DNA from: Candidatus Nanoarchaeia archaeon
Lineage (GTDB): Archaea > Nanobdellota > Nanobdellia > Woesearchaeales > UBA10216
DNA: 64,000 nucleotides
Assembly (NCBI GenBank): GCA_028279045.1
Contig: JANQSZ010000022.1
Span: 16,388-80,387 of the forward strand
Direction: 5' to 3'
Made by a program: the position numbers and the translations under genes. This document shows, in pieces, positions 49,763 to 59,373 of the stretch. Position 1 is the first letter of the stretch. The number at the start of each line of letters is the position of its first letter. The notes under the pieces are model-generated. The model did no database searches. It saw only the letters and a program-made list of their open reading frames with translations, and was not told the DNA's origin.

Positions 49763-50750
49763 AGCAGGAGTCAGCATTGATGCGCAAAACGATTCGAACG
49801 AACGCATCAAAAAGCATGTTCGAAGTACGCATACGGAACATGTGGTAACTGATGTAGGTCATTTTGCAGGAAGTGTGAAACTTCCGAGTAACCTTTCAGA
49901 TCCTGTGCTCATCATGAGTACTGACGGAGTAGGTACAAAAACGATTATAGCAGAACAACTTGGTAGGTTTGAGTCATTGGGTGCAGATATTGTGCACAAT
50001 TGCGGAAATGACGTGCTTGCCGTGGGAGCAGAACCAAAGTACTTTACTGACTATGTTGCATCAGCACAATTGAAACCTGAGGTAGTTGAAGAAATTGTGA
50101 AAGGAATTGCAGAAGCGTGTAAAAACCTCGGAATTGTGCTAATGGGTGGAGAAACAGCCGAGATGCCAGGTGTGTATCGAGAATCGCGGCATGACCTGGT
50201 TGGTACGATGGTAGGAATTGCAGAGCGGTCGATGCTTTTTGATTCTTCACAAATTAAAGAAGGAGACGCCATCATTGGACTTCCGTCGAATGGAGTGCAC
50301 ACTAATGGATACTCACTTGTTCGGAAAATTGTTGAAGCAAGAGGGTTAGATCTTACTATTGACTATGATATGGGAATGTCTTTGGGAGAGTTACTCTTGC
50401 TTCCGCATAGGGACTATGTTAAAGACATTATGGGACTGCGACAATACGTTACTATTCGCGGACTTGCGCATATTACTGGTGGGGGAATTACAGAAAATGT
50501 ACCTCGGATGTTTCCAGAAGGGCTAGGTGCTGCGATCAACTTAGGCGGATGGAAGATTCCGCTACTTTTTCAATTTATACAACAACAAGGAGATGTATCT
50601 CAGGAAGAAATGCTACGCACGTTTAATTGTGGTGTTGGAATGGTACTTGTTGTGCCAAAAGAAGAAAAAAATAATGTACTGAGTAGGATAGAATCATATG
50701 ACCTCGGAACAGTTGTCGTCGGAAAAGGCGTTACGTATACAAACTATTGA
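49749..50750 (+). CDS. purM: phosphoribosylformylglycinamidine cyclo-ligase (AIR synthetase)
   Basis: MKYSEAGVSID, DGVGTKT and GGETAEMPGVY. Confidence 0.85.
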   Translation: MKYSEAGVSIDAQNDSNERIKKHVRSTHTEHVVTDVGHFAGSVKLPSNLSDPVLIMSTDGVGTKTIIAEQLGRFESLGADIVHNCGNDVLAVGAEPKYFTDYVASAQLKPEVVEEIVKGIAEACKNLGIVLMGGETAEMPGVYRESRHDLVGTMVGIAERSMLFDSSQIKEGDAIIGLPSNGVHTNGYSLVRKIVEARGLDLTIDYDMGMSLGELLLLPHRDYVKDIMGLRQYVTIRGLAHITGGGITENVPRMFPEGLGAAINLGGWKIPLLFQFIQQQGDVSQEEMLRTFNCGVGMVLVVPKEEKNNVLSRIESYDLGTVVVGKGVTYTNY

Positions 50751-53517
50751 AATAGCACCTGGAAAAGATGTGCTAGGTGAACATGTAGCTGCTGCTATTC
50801 AAGAATTAGGTGTTGCTGTTCAAAAAGTTGAGACAACCAAAAGATATTATGTTGCGTGCCAAGATACGCTCCCACAGGAGTTGTTTGCTGATGGAAAAAC
50901 TGCGAAAGTTACGAAAACCACAAGTGTTTCAAATGCATGGATTGTCGAAGTACGGTACAAACCAGGTGTTATGGACCCTGTACAGCAGAGTATCATCAAA
51001 ACGTTGAGTGATGCTGATGTACATGCAACCTGGGCGGCTACCGCGCAACGCTATTTCCTTTTCGGAGTAAGTCATGATGAGGTCAAGAAAATATGCAAAG
51101 AGCTCTTGGTTAATGACTTGTTGCAAGATGTCCTTTTTGGATGGGAAATACTAACTGTAGACCCTGCCAAACCAATTCAAACAGAAGAGAATACGATTGT
51201 CAAGGATGTTCCGCTTATTCAAGCAACTGACGAGGAACTCATGGTTGCCAGTAAAGATCTGACGCTCTCTCTCAATCTTGACGAAATGAAAGCGGTGCAA
51301 GAATACTTCAAAGAACTTGGGCGGGATCCTCGAGACGCAGAGATACAAATGATTGCGCAGACCTGGAGTGAACATTGCAAACATAAGATCTTCACGTCTC
51401 CGATATCCTATACTGAGAACGGAGTTACCCACTCGATTGGTTCATTGATGAAGGATTACATCAAGAAAGCTACATCAGATATCCAAAGTGACTGGGTTGT
51501 TTCTGTCTTTCACGACAATGCAGGAATTGTAAAAGGGACTGATGAAATGAATGTTGCTTTCAAAGTTGAAACGCACAACCATCCTTCTGCTCTTGATCCT
51601 TATGGAGGGGCGGGAACAGGAATTGGAGGAGTTATCCGTGATGTGCTAGGCGTGGGAAAAGGAGCACGCCCGCTGTTTAATACAGATGTATTCTGTTTTG
51701 CGCCGCCAACAACTTCAGAAATTCCAGCAGGCATCTTGCATCCTCGGCGAATCTTGAAAGGAGTTGTTGCTGGGGTTCGGGATTACGGAAACAGAATGGG
51801 GATACCTACTATTAATGGAAGTATTACGTTTCACCCCAATTATTTGGGTGCGCCACTTGTCTTTTGTGGGACAGCAGGTATTATACCTGCAGGAATGGAA
51901 GAAAAGTCAATCCAGCCCGGAGATATTATTGTTGTTGTAGGAGGAAGAACAGGCCGAGATGGTATTCATGGCGCTACTTTTTCATCCGCAGCACTGGATG
52001 CAGATTCTGCAACGAGTGCTGTGCAGATAGGAAACCCAATAGAAGAAAAACGTGTGCTGGATCTTTTGATGCAGGCGCGAGATCGCAACCTTTACCGATC
52101 AATTACAGATTGTGGCGCAGGTGGATTTAGTTCGGCTATTGGAGAAATGGCAGAACAAGGATGTCACGTGCAACTAGAAAATGCACCTGTGAAGTATGCA
52201 GGGCTGAGTCCTTGGGAATTATGGTTATCTGAATCACAAGAGCGAATGGTTCTAGCTGTGCCTCAAGAAAAACTGCAAGAATTGCTTGCACTTTGTGCAG
52301 AAGAAGATGTAGAAGCAGCAGTTCTGGGCAATTTCACTGATTCAAACAAAGTACTTGTGGTGCATAAAGAAAAAACCGTTGTTGAACTAGATGTGAAGTT
52401 TTTGCACGAAGGGCTTCCACGGAAAGAGAAGATAGCGTCGTGGAAACCTCAGAAAATTGAAGAGCCGGAACTTGACGAACCGGACTATGGGAAAACGCTG
52501 CTGAAAATGCTGGGCATGCCAAGCATAGCAAGCAAAGAATGGGTTATCAGGCAATATGATCATGAAGTGCAAGGATTGCGGGTGCAGGGACCGTTCTCTG
52601 GAAACGGACCCTCAGATGCTTCTGCCGTGCGGATTCAACATGGGAAACAGACTGGTGTTGTTGTTGCGAATGGAATCAATCCGAGATACAGTGCGATTGA
52701 TAGTTATGCAATGGCTGCATGCGCAATAGACGAAGCAATGAGAAATGTTGTATGTGCGGGTGGTAATCCCAACCGAACAGCATTACTTGATAATTTTTGC
52801 TGGGGAACCGTGAATGAAGAATCACTGGGAAGACTGGTGCGGGCTGTGAAAGCATGCTACGATGTTGCTACCTTGTACAAAACACCATTCATATCTGGAA
52901 AGGATAGTTTTCACAATGAATTTAGGACGGGGCAAGAGAGTATTTCCATACCAGATACGCTGTTGATTTCAGCATTGTCGATTGTTGAAAATGTAGCAAA
53001 AACAACCAGCATGGATCTGAAGAAAACAGGAAACACATTGTACATTGTGGGTTCTACGTACAATGAATTAGGTGGATCTCACTATTACGAACTTGCGGGT
53101 GCTGTCGGAAAGAACGTTCCAATAGTTCGGCCAGAGATGGCAAAGAAACACATGGAACAACTGTATGCAGCAATGCAGAAAGGACTTGTGAAATCCTGTC
53201 ATGATTGTTCCGAGGGCGGACTTGGTGTTGCGCTCGCAGAAATGACAATTGCAGGAGATAAAGGAATACATGTTAATTTAGAATCGGTACCGCAGATTGG
53301 GTGTGCAAACCCGTCACAAATTCTCTTTTCAGAGTCTGCATCACGCTTTATAGTAGAGGTCGGGGATGAAGAAGCATTTGAACAAATGGTAGAGGCGACG
53401 AAGATTGGAAAAGTACTTGCGCAGAAAGCGCTTGTTGTTACGCACAACGAAGAACCTCTTATTGATGAAACAATTGAAGCGATGAGCACTGCGTGGCGAG
53501 GTGCTTTAACATGGTGA
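50698..53517 (+). CDS. purSL: FGAM synthase subunit PurL fused to two N-terminal PurS-like domains (PurS-PurS-PurL)
   Basis: N-terminal 170 aa contain two PurS-like units (RIQTIEIAPGKDVLGEHVAAAIQELG...; VEVRYKPGVMDPVQQSIIKTLSD...) followed by the canonical small-PurL body (ETHNHPSALDPYGGAGTGIGGVIRD...). 939 aa is longer than small PurL alone. Start could be slightly downstream. Confidence 0.75.
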   Translation: MTSEQLSSEKALRIQTIEIAPGKDVLGEHVAAAIQELGVAVQKVETTKRYYVACQDTLPQELFADGKTAKVTKTTSVSNAWIVEVRYKPGVMDPVQQSIIKTLSDADVHATWAATAQRYFLFGVSHDEVKKICKELLVNDLLQDVLFGWEILTVDPAKPIQTEENTIVKDVPLIQATDEELMVASKDLTLSLNLDEMKAVQEYFKELGRDPRDAEIQMIAQTWSEHCKHKIFTSPISYTENGVTHSIGSLMKDYIKKATSDIQSDWVVSVFHDNAGIVKGTDEMNVAFKVETHNHPSALDPYGGAGTGIGGVIRDVLGVGKGARPLFNTDVFCFAPPTTSEIPAGILHPRRILKGVVAGVRDYGNRMGIPTINGSITFHPNYLGAPLVFCGTAGIIPAGMEEKSIQPGDIIVVVGGRTGRDGIHGATFSSAALDADSATSAVQIGNPIEEKRVLDLLMQARDRNLYRSITDCGAGGFSSAIGEMAEQGCHVQLENAPVKYAGLSPWELWLSESQERMVLAVPQEKLQELLALCAEEDVEAAVLGNFTDSNKVLVVHKEKTVVELDVKFLHEGLPRKEKIASWKPQKIEEPELDEPDYGKTLLKMLGMPSIASKEWVIRQYDHEVQGLRVQGPFSGNGPSDASAVRIQHGKQTGVVVANGINPRYSAIDSYAMAACAIDEAMRNVVCAGGNPNRTALLDNFCWGTVNEESLGRLVRAVKACYDVATLYKTPFISGKDSFHNEFRTGQESISIPDTLLISALSIVENVAKTTSMDLKKTGNTLYIVGSTYNELGGSHYYELAGAVGKNVPIVRPEMAKKHMEQLYAAMQKGLVKSCHDCSEGGLGVALAEMTIAGDKGIHVNLESVPQIGCANPSQILFSESASRFIVEVGDEEAFEQMVEATKIGKVLAQKALVVTHNEEPLIDETIEAMSTAWRGALTW

Positions 53518-54221
53518 AAGCTATAGTTCTGCGGACCGCGGGAGTGAACTGCGATGCGGAAACAGTACATGCGCTTAAACTTGCGGGTGCAGATGTTGAC
53601 CTAGTTCATGTAAACTCGCTCATCGCAGGAAAAGTTACACTTGATTCATATTCCATCCTTGTTATTCCTGGTGGTTTCTCATACGGCGATGATTTAGGGG
53701 GAGGGCGAGTGTTAGCAACTCAACTTGTTCGCAAACTCAGAGGGCCGCTTGATAAATTTGTGCAAGATGGTAAAATAGTAATTGGTGTTTGTAATGGTTT
53801 CCAAGTGTTAACGCAAGCAGGTTTATTGCCAGGGAAACTTGACGCGAATGCATCAGGAAAATTTGAATGTCGCTGGGTACGGTTGAAAGCAGCGCCATCG
53901 CTCTTCACGAAAAACATTGAATACATCGAGATGCCTGTTGCGCACGGCGAAGGCAGAGTTGTTGGGGATGTGTATGATAATGCAGTATTCCTGTATGTGG
54001 ATAGCGAAGGAGAGGAAGCAGAATATCCTGCAAATCCAAATGGGAGTGCGCATGGGATAGCAGGGGTTGTTAATGAAAAAGGGAACGTGCTTGGCATGAT
54101 GCCACACCCAGAACGTAATATTTACACAGAAAGTCATCCTTCATGGACGCAAGGACATGTAGGAGGAGAAGGATTGAAAATATATCAAAATGCAGTACGC
54201 TATGCGGAGGAGCACTTATGA
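53511..54221 (+). CDS. purQ: FGAM synthase glutamine amidotransferase subunit
   Basis: MVKAIVLRTAGVNCD, GVCNGFQVL (catalytic Cys) and MMPHPER. Confidence 0.8.
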   Translation: MVKAIVLRTAGVNCDAETVHALKLAGADVDLVHVNSLIAGKVTLDSYSILVIPGGFSYGDDLGGGRVLATQLVRKLRGPLDKFVQDGKIVIGVCNGFQVLTQAGLLPGKLDANASGKFECRWVRLKAAPSLFTKNIEYIEMPVAHGEGRVVGDVYDNAVFLYVDSEGEEAEYPANPNGSAHGIAGVVNEKGNVLGMMPHPERNIYTESHPSWTQGHVGGEGLKIYQNAVRYAEEHL

Positions 54222-54967
54222 AAATATTAGTAATGTTTGGAAGTGGAAGCGACAAGGAAACTTACGATCCTGTTGTCGCTGGATTGAAACAAAGTAATGA
54301 TGTTACGGTACGCGTTTTAAGCGCGCACAAAACACCAAAACAAGCTGAAGCAGCGCTTGCAGGAGACTACGACTTGTATGTTGCAGGTGCTGGTCTTGCA
54401 TCGCATCTTCCTGGATTTATCGCAGCGAAAGTTACTAAACCCGTCGTGGGAATTCCCTGCCCTGGGAAGTTTGGTGGACTTGACGCCTTATTGTCAACGT
54501 TGCAAATGCCACCAGGCATTCCTGTGTTAACGACGGGAGTTAGTGGGAAACAAGCTGCGCAGCAAATTTCTCGAATGAGAGATACGCAAGGAGTGCTAAC
54601 TGTTGTTGGTGGGCCTGCAAACAAATACGTGGAAAAAGCAGAAGCAATACTCAAGGAACTCGGAGTAAGCTATCAACTTAGCAATGCGTGTCGGGCTGGA
54701 TGTATGAACATACAATTCGTTCCACTTGGAGAAAAAACCGCAGAACAAGATAGAATGATCATCTATGTTCCAATTGCTGATGAAACAAACCCAGAAGATG
54801 CGCTTAAACTATTAGAAATGACGCAGCATGGTTTGTGGGTTGGCGTAAACAGAGCAGACAATGCAGCGATCGCAGCAGCTCAACTGCAAGGAAACATTGC
54901 ACAAGTTGAGGCGTATCGTGAAAAAATAGCAGCAAAAGTACTCGAGGCTGATAAAAATGAGCAATGA
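54218..54967 (+). CDS. purE: N5-CAIR mutase/AIR carboxylase PurE with C-terminal degenerate PurE-like repeat (tandem PurE)
   Basis: MKILVMFGSGSDKETYD ... SAHKTP ... AGAGLASHLPGFIAAKVTKPVVGIPCP. A second weaker PurE-like half follows (VNRADNAAIAAAQL). ATGA overlap with purQ. Confidence 0.65.
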   Translation: MKILVMFGSGSDKETYDPVVAGLKQSNDVTVRVLSAHKTPKQAEAALAGDYDLYVAGAGLASHLPGFIAAKVTKPVVGIPCPGKFGGLDALLSTLQMPPGIPVLTTGVSGKQAAQQISRMRDTQGVLTVVGGPANKYVEKAEAILKELGVSYQLSNACRAGCMNIQFVPLGEKTAEQDRMIIYVPIADETNPEDALKLLEMTQHGLWVGVNRADNAAIAAAQLQGNIAQVEAYREKIAAKVLEADKNEQ

Positions 54968-55883
54968 TATCCAAGCGCAACTTGCACATGCACTAGAAAA
55001 CACCCATCTTGACATCGGCGAGAAATACGAAGGAAAAGTTCGAGATGTGTACAAGAAAGGTGGGAAAATGGCAATAATAGCTACGGACCGCGTTTCAGCA
55101 TTTGACAAAGTGCTCGGGACGATTCCTTTCCGAGGGCAAGTACTTACGCAAATGGCGCAATTTTGGTTTGACCAGACAAAAGACATCATGTCGAATCACG
55201 TATTGCAAGTTCCAGCGCCTAATGTTATGATTGTTGCAGAATGCGAGCCAGTAATGGTTGAGTTTGTTGTACGCGGATACATTACAGGGAACTCTTCGAC
55301 ATCACTATGGAAAACTTACAGCGAAGGGAGAGACCCTTACGGACTGAATCTTCCTGCAGGTTTGAAGAAGCATCAAAAGCTAGCAGAACCTGTCATTACA
55401 CCAACGACAAAAGCAGAACAAGGGGAACATGATGCACCAATCACTCCTGAAGAAATTGTTCGGCGTGGGTTGTTGACGAAAGACGAATATGACGAGCTTG
55501 CACGGAAAACGACTCAGCTCTACAAACGAGGAGCTGAATTTGCAGCGAAAAACGGTATGATTCTGGTTGATACCAAATATGAATTTGGAAAATTGAACGG
55601 GGAATTTGTTGTTATCGATGAAATCCACACGCCAGATTCATCGCGATACTGGTATGCAGACAGCTACGTTGAAGGAGAAGAACCGAAAGCACTTGACAAA
55701 GAGTTTATTCGCCAATGGTTATTGGATCAAGGCTTTTCAGGAGACGGAGAACCGCCAGCGCTACCTGATGAGATTCGAATAGAAGCTGCTCGACGATATA
55801 TTGAAACGTATGAAAAAATAACAGGAGCTCAGTTTGAAGGTGCTGTTGGATCAGCAACTTGGCTGAACCAGGTGACGCTATGA
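54957..55883 (+). CDS. purC: SAICAR synthetase
   Basis: EGKVRDVY, DRVSAFD and LVDTKYEFG. Confidence 0.8.
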   Translation: MSNDIQAQLAHALENTHLDIGEKYEGKVRDVYKKGGKMAIIATDRVSAFDKVLGTIPFRGQVLTQMAQFWFDQTKDIMSNHVLQVPAPNVMIVAECEPVMVEFVVRGYITGNSSTSLWKTYSEGRDPYGLNLPAGLKKHQKLAEPVITPTTKAEQGEHDAPITPEEIVRRGLLTKDEYDELARKTTQLYKRGAEFAAKNGMILVDTKYEFGKLNGEFVVIDEIHTPDSSRYWYADSYVEGEEPKALDKEFIRQWLLDQGFSGDGEPPALPDEIRIEAARRYIETYEKITGAQFEGAVGSATWLNQVTL

Positions 55884-57256
55884 ACTACTCGTCGCTTAGC
55901 CCGCTGGATTACCGCTACTACGATAAAGCGTTAGCACCGTACTTGTCAGAAGAGGCAGCGGTGCATTATCAAGCGCAAGTAGAAGTTGCACTTGTTGCAG
56001 AACTTGCTGAAGAAGGAATTTGTAGTAAGAAGGTTGCTTCTGAGATTGCGAAAGCAGCGCAGAAAGTGAAAGCAGAAGATGTGTACAAGGAAGAAGCAGT
56101 GATCAAACACAATATTCGGGCGTTAGTGAATGTTATGAAACGACATGTATCCAAGCAAGCGAAGCCGTACATTCATTTGACGGCGACGTCAATGGATATT
56201 GTGAATACAGCAGATTCTGCACGAGTAAAAGATGTAGTGGATGCTGTTGTTGTTCCTGAACTGGTTGAACTCGAGAGAACGCTTATCAATATTGCGCGAC
56301 AGGAGAAAGACACGGTTCAAATTGGACGGACGCATGGGCAGCATGCAGAGCCCATTACCTTTGGTTTTGCGCTTGCCGAATATGTCGATCGTTTAGGTGG
56401 GAGAATTGATACTGTACGGGATGCAAATAAAGAATTGCGAGGAAAACTTTCGGGAGCAGTGGGAGCGTATAATGCGTCGTCGATCTTCATCAAGAATCCT
56501 GTTGATTTTGAATCAAAAGTGCTGAAGCGACTTGGCTTGCAGCCGGCACGACATGCAACACAGATTGTCGAGCCAGAATATCTACTTGATTTACATCATT
56601 CCCTTGCGAGCACATTTGGTGTGTTGGCAAGCTTAGCAGATGATTTGAGGCATTTACAACGATCTGAAATCAAAGAAGTTGCTGAGCATTTTCAAGGGAA
56701 ACAAGTTGGGTCGAGTACAATGCCTCACAAACGCAACCCAATACATTTTGAGAATGTTAAATCATTGTGGAAAGCATTTGTACCAAGGATGATGACTGGG
56801 TATATGGATCAGTTGTCTGAGCATCAGCGAGATCTGACGAATTCAGCATCGGGAAAGTTTACGCTGGAGTTGATTTCAGGAGTTACTATTGCTGCTAAAC
56901 GATTACGGAGAGTGCTGGATCGCCTTGTGGTTGACAAGGAGCACATGACTTCTAATTTTAGAAAAGCTGCAGATATGGTAGTTGCTGAACCTGCGTATCT
57001 TTTACTTGCAAAATACGGTCACCCTGATGCGCACGAAATTATACGGCAGTTGACGTTGCGGGCAGAACACAAAGGAACGCTTTTTGTCGACGAGCTTCGT
57101 GCAGAGGACTCTGTAAAAGAATACACAGCTAAGTTTTCTCAGAGCGAGTGGAATATGTTAAAGGAGCCAGAAACCTACGTTGGATTGGCACCGAAACGAA
57201 CTGAAGCGATTACAAAATACTGGGAGGGACGACTTAATGAGTACGGATTATCGTGA
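55880..57256 (+). CDS. purB: adenylosuccinate lyase
   Basis: LSPLDYRYY N-terminus; GSSTMPHKRNP signature. ATGA overlap with purC. Confidence 0.85.
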   Translation: MNYSSLSPLDYRYYDKALAPYLSEEAAVHYQAQVEVALVAELAEEGICSKKVASEIAKAAQKVKAEDVYKEEAVIKHNIRALVNVMKRHVSKQAKPYIHLTATSMDIVNTADSARVKDVVDAVVVPELVELERTLINIARQEKDTVQIGRTHGQHAEPITFGFALAEYVDRLGGRIDTVRDANKELRGKLSGAVGAYNASSIFIKNPVDFESKVLKRLGLQPARHATQIVEPEYLLDLHHSLASTFGVLASLADDLRHLQRSEIKEVAEHFQGKQVGSSTMPHKRNPIHFENVKSLWKAFVPRMMTGYMDQLSEHQRDLTNSASGKFTLELISGVTIAAKRLRRVLDRLVVDKEHMTSNFRKAADMVVAEPAYLLLAKYGHPDAHEIIRQLTLRAEHKGTLFVDELRAEDSVKEYTAKFSQSEWNMLKEPETYVGLAPKRTEAITKYWEGRLNEYGLS

Positions 57257-58265
57257 TTTTACCATTGCAACTATTGGAAGCCACAGTGCACTCCAGATAT
57301 TAAGGGGAGCTAAAGATGAAGGGTTTCGAACGCTGGCGATTTGCCAGGAAGGGAGGGAGCTTCCCTACAAATCATACAAAGTAGCAGATGAAATCATTAG
57401 TTTGGGATCGCTTTCTGATTTTCCAAAAATACAAGATCAGCTTAGAGAGAAGAATGCAATCGTAATTCCGCACGGATCTTTTTTTGGTGCAATGGACCTG
57501 GAAACAATGCAGCAACTTAAGATCATGTACTATGGAAATAAGAACATTCTACCGTGGGAGTTTGACCGGACGAGGCAGAGAAGCTGGCTAAGCAGAGCAG
57601 GATTACATTTGCCTAAGATCTTTGAGAGTCCAGAAGATATTGATCGGCCTGTTATTATCAAATTCTTTGGCGCTGGGGGAGGTAAAGGATTCTTTTTGGC
57701 AAGAAACCCGGAAGAGTTCAAGCAGAAAATAGCAGCACATCCAGGGCAATCGTATGTTATACAGGAGTATGTTATTGGTGCGCCGGTGTACATTCACTAT
57801 TTTTACTCGTCGTTAACAGGAGAACTCGAAATAATGAGTTTTGACAAGCGATACGAGAGTAATGTAGATGCCATAGGCAGGGTGGCTGCGAAAGATCAAC
57901 TTGATTTGGGATTAGAGACGAGTTACAACATCATGGGGAATGTTCCCATAGTTGTTCGAGAATCATTACTTCCAGAAATGTTTCAGATGGGACAGGCAGT
58001 TATTGATGCGTCGCAGCAACTTGAACAGCACGGCTTATTTGGGCCGTTTTGCCTAGAGACTATTGTTACACCTGACTTGAAATTCTCTGTCTTCGAAATA
58101 TCTGCACGGATTGTGGCGGGAACGAATCCATTCATCAACGGAACTCCTTATACGTGGCTACGGTACAATGAGCCGATGAGCACAGGAAGACGGATTGCAC
58201 GAGAAATAAAACACGCCATAACACAGGAGCAATTGAAAAAGGTACTAGTAAATGATCACCACTGA
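57237..58265 (+). CDS. purP: 5-formaminoimidazole-4-carboxamide ribonucleotide synthetase (archaeal PurP, ATP-grasp)
   Basis: FTIATIGSHSALQILRGAKDEGF is the PurP signature. ATG 57237 preceded by GGGAGGGA RBS. Confidence 0.75.
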   Translation: MSTDYRDFTIATIGSHSALQILRGAKDEGFRTLAICQEGRELPYKSYKVADEIISLGSLSDFPKIQDQLREKNAIVIPHGSFFGAMDLETMQQLKIMYYGNKNILPWEFDRTRQRSWLSRAGLHLPKIFESPEDIDRPVIIKFFGAGGGKGFFLARNPEEFKQKIAAHPGQSYVIQEYVIGAPVYIHYFYSSLTGELEIMSFDKRYESNVDAIGRVAAKDQLDLGLETSYNIMGNVPIVVRESLLPEMFQMGQAVIDASQQLEQHGLFGPFCLETIVTPDLKFSVFEISARIVAGTNPFINGTPYTWLRYNEPMSTGRRIAREIKHAITQEQLKKVLVNDHH

Positions 58266-59373
58266 ACAAATCAAAGAAGTATTGAAAGGATATGATATGA
58301 ATAACATTCATATTGGTAGCCTCGGTGGGCATAGTGCGCTGGATGTTTGTCGAGGAGCAAAAAAGGAAGGATTCAAGACGGTTGTTGTAGCGCAGAAAGG
58401 GAGAGAAGAGACATATACTGAGCATTTTAAGTCGGATGGTAGCAAAGGATGTGTGGATCGCGTTATTATTGTTGAGAAATTTTCGGATATTGTTAAACCA
58501 GATGTGCAGCAACGGTTACGTGAGTTAAATACTATTTTCATTCATAGCAGGTACTTTTGGGTGTACTGCAATTTTACTGAAATAGAGAATGATTTCCTTG
58601 TTCCCATTTTTGGAACGAGGGAACTTGTACGGAAAGAAGAACGAGATGAAGAAGACAATCAGTACGATATTCTTAATCGAGGAGGAATTCGAATTCCAAA
58701 ACAGTTTAGTAGGGCTGAGGATATTGACCGACTCTGTATTGTCAAAGCAAGTGAAGCTTCCCGTGGTTATGAACGGGCATTCTTCTACGTTTCGAGCTTT
58801 GAAGACTACCAAAAAAAATCAGCAGAACTTATTGCGAATGGGACTATAACAGAAGAATCACTTAAAGTTGCGGTTATCGAAGAATTTGTTATCGGTCCGC
58901 AGATAAATTTAAATTTTTTCTACTCAAAGCTGACAGATACAATTGAATTACTTGGTACAGACATGCGTCGACAGACAAACATCGACGGATTGCTGCGATT
59001 AACTGCGCAAGAGCAACTTGATGTGCTGAAACATGCGCAACCGAAGTATATTGAACAAGGCCACGTTGCAGTCACTATGAAAGAATCGTTGATTCAACAA
59101 GCTTTTGAATTGGGAACACGATTTGTTTCAGCGACAGCACAGTATGGAAACATCATTGGACCGTTTGCGCTGCAAGGTGCTGTTGTTGCTGGCCCACCGA
59201 AAGAAGAATTTGTTATTTTTGACGTCAGCATGAGGATACCGGGAAGTCCTGGAACAATGTTTACGCCGTACAGCGGATATCTTTATGGGGAGAGTATGAG
59301 CGTTGGACAACGCATTGCTATGGAAATCAAATCTGCAATTACCGAGGGAAAAATTGACTTGATAGTGACATGA
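58252..59373 (+). CDS. PurP paralog (second FAICAR synthetase-like ATP-grasp)
   Basis: IHIGSLGGHSALDVCRGAKKEGF; 373 aa; overlaps the purP stop by 14 nt. Confidence 0.7.
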   Translation: MITTEQIKEVLKGYDMNNIHIGSLGGHSALDVCRGAKKEGFKTVVVAQKGREETYTEHFKSDGSKGCVDRVIIVEKFSDIVKPDVQQRLRELNTIFIHSRYFWVYCNFTEIENDFLVPIFGTRELVRKEERDEEDNQYDILNRGGIRIPKQFSRAEDIDRLCIVKASEASRGYERAFFYVSSFEDYQKKSAELIANGTITEESLKVAVIEEFVIGPQINLNFFYSKLTDTIELLGTDMRRQTNIDGLLRLTAQEQLDVLKHAQPKYIEQGHVAVTMKESLIQQAFELGTRFVSATAQYGNIIGPFALQGAVVAGPPKEEFVIFDVSMRIPGSPGTMFTPYSGYLYGESMSVGQRIAMEIKSAITEGKIDLIVT

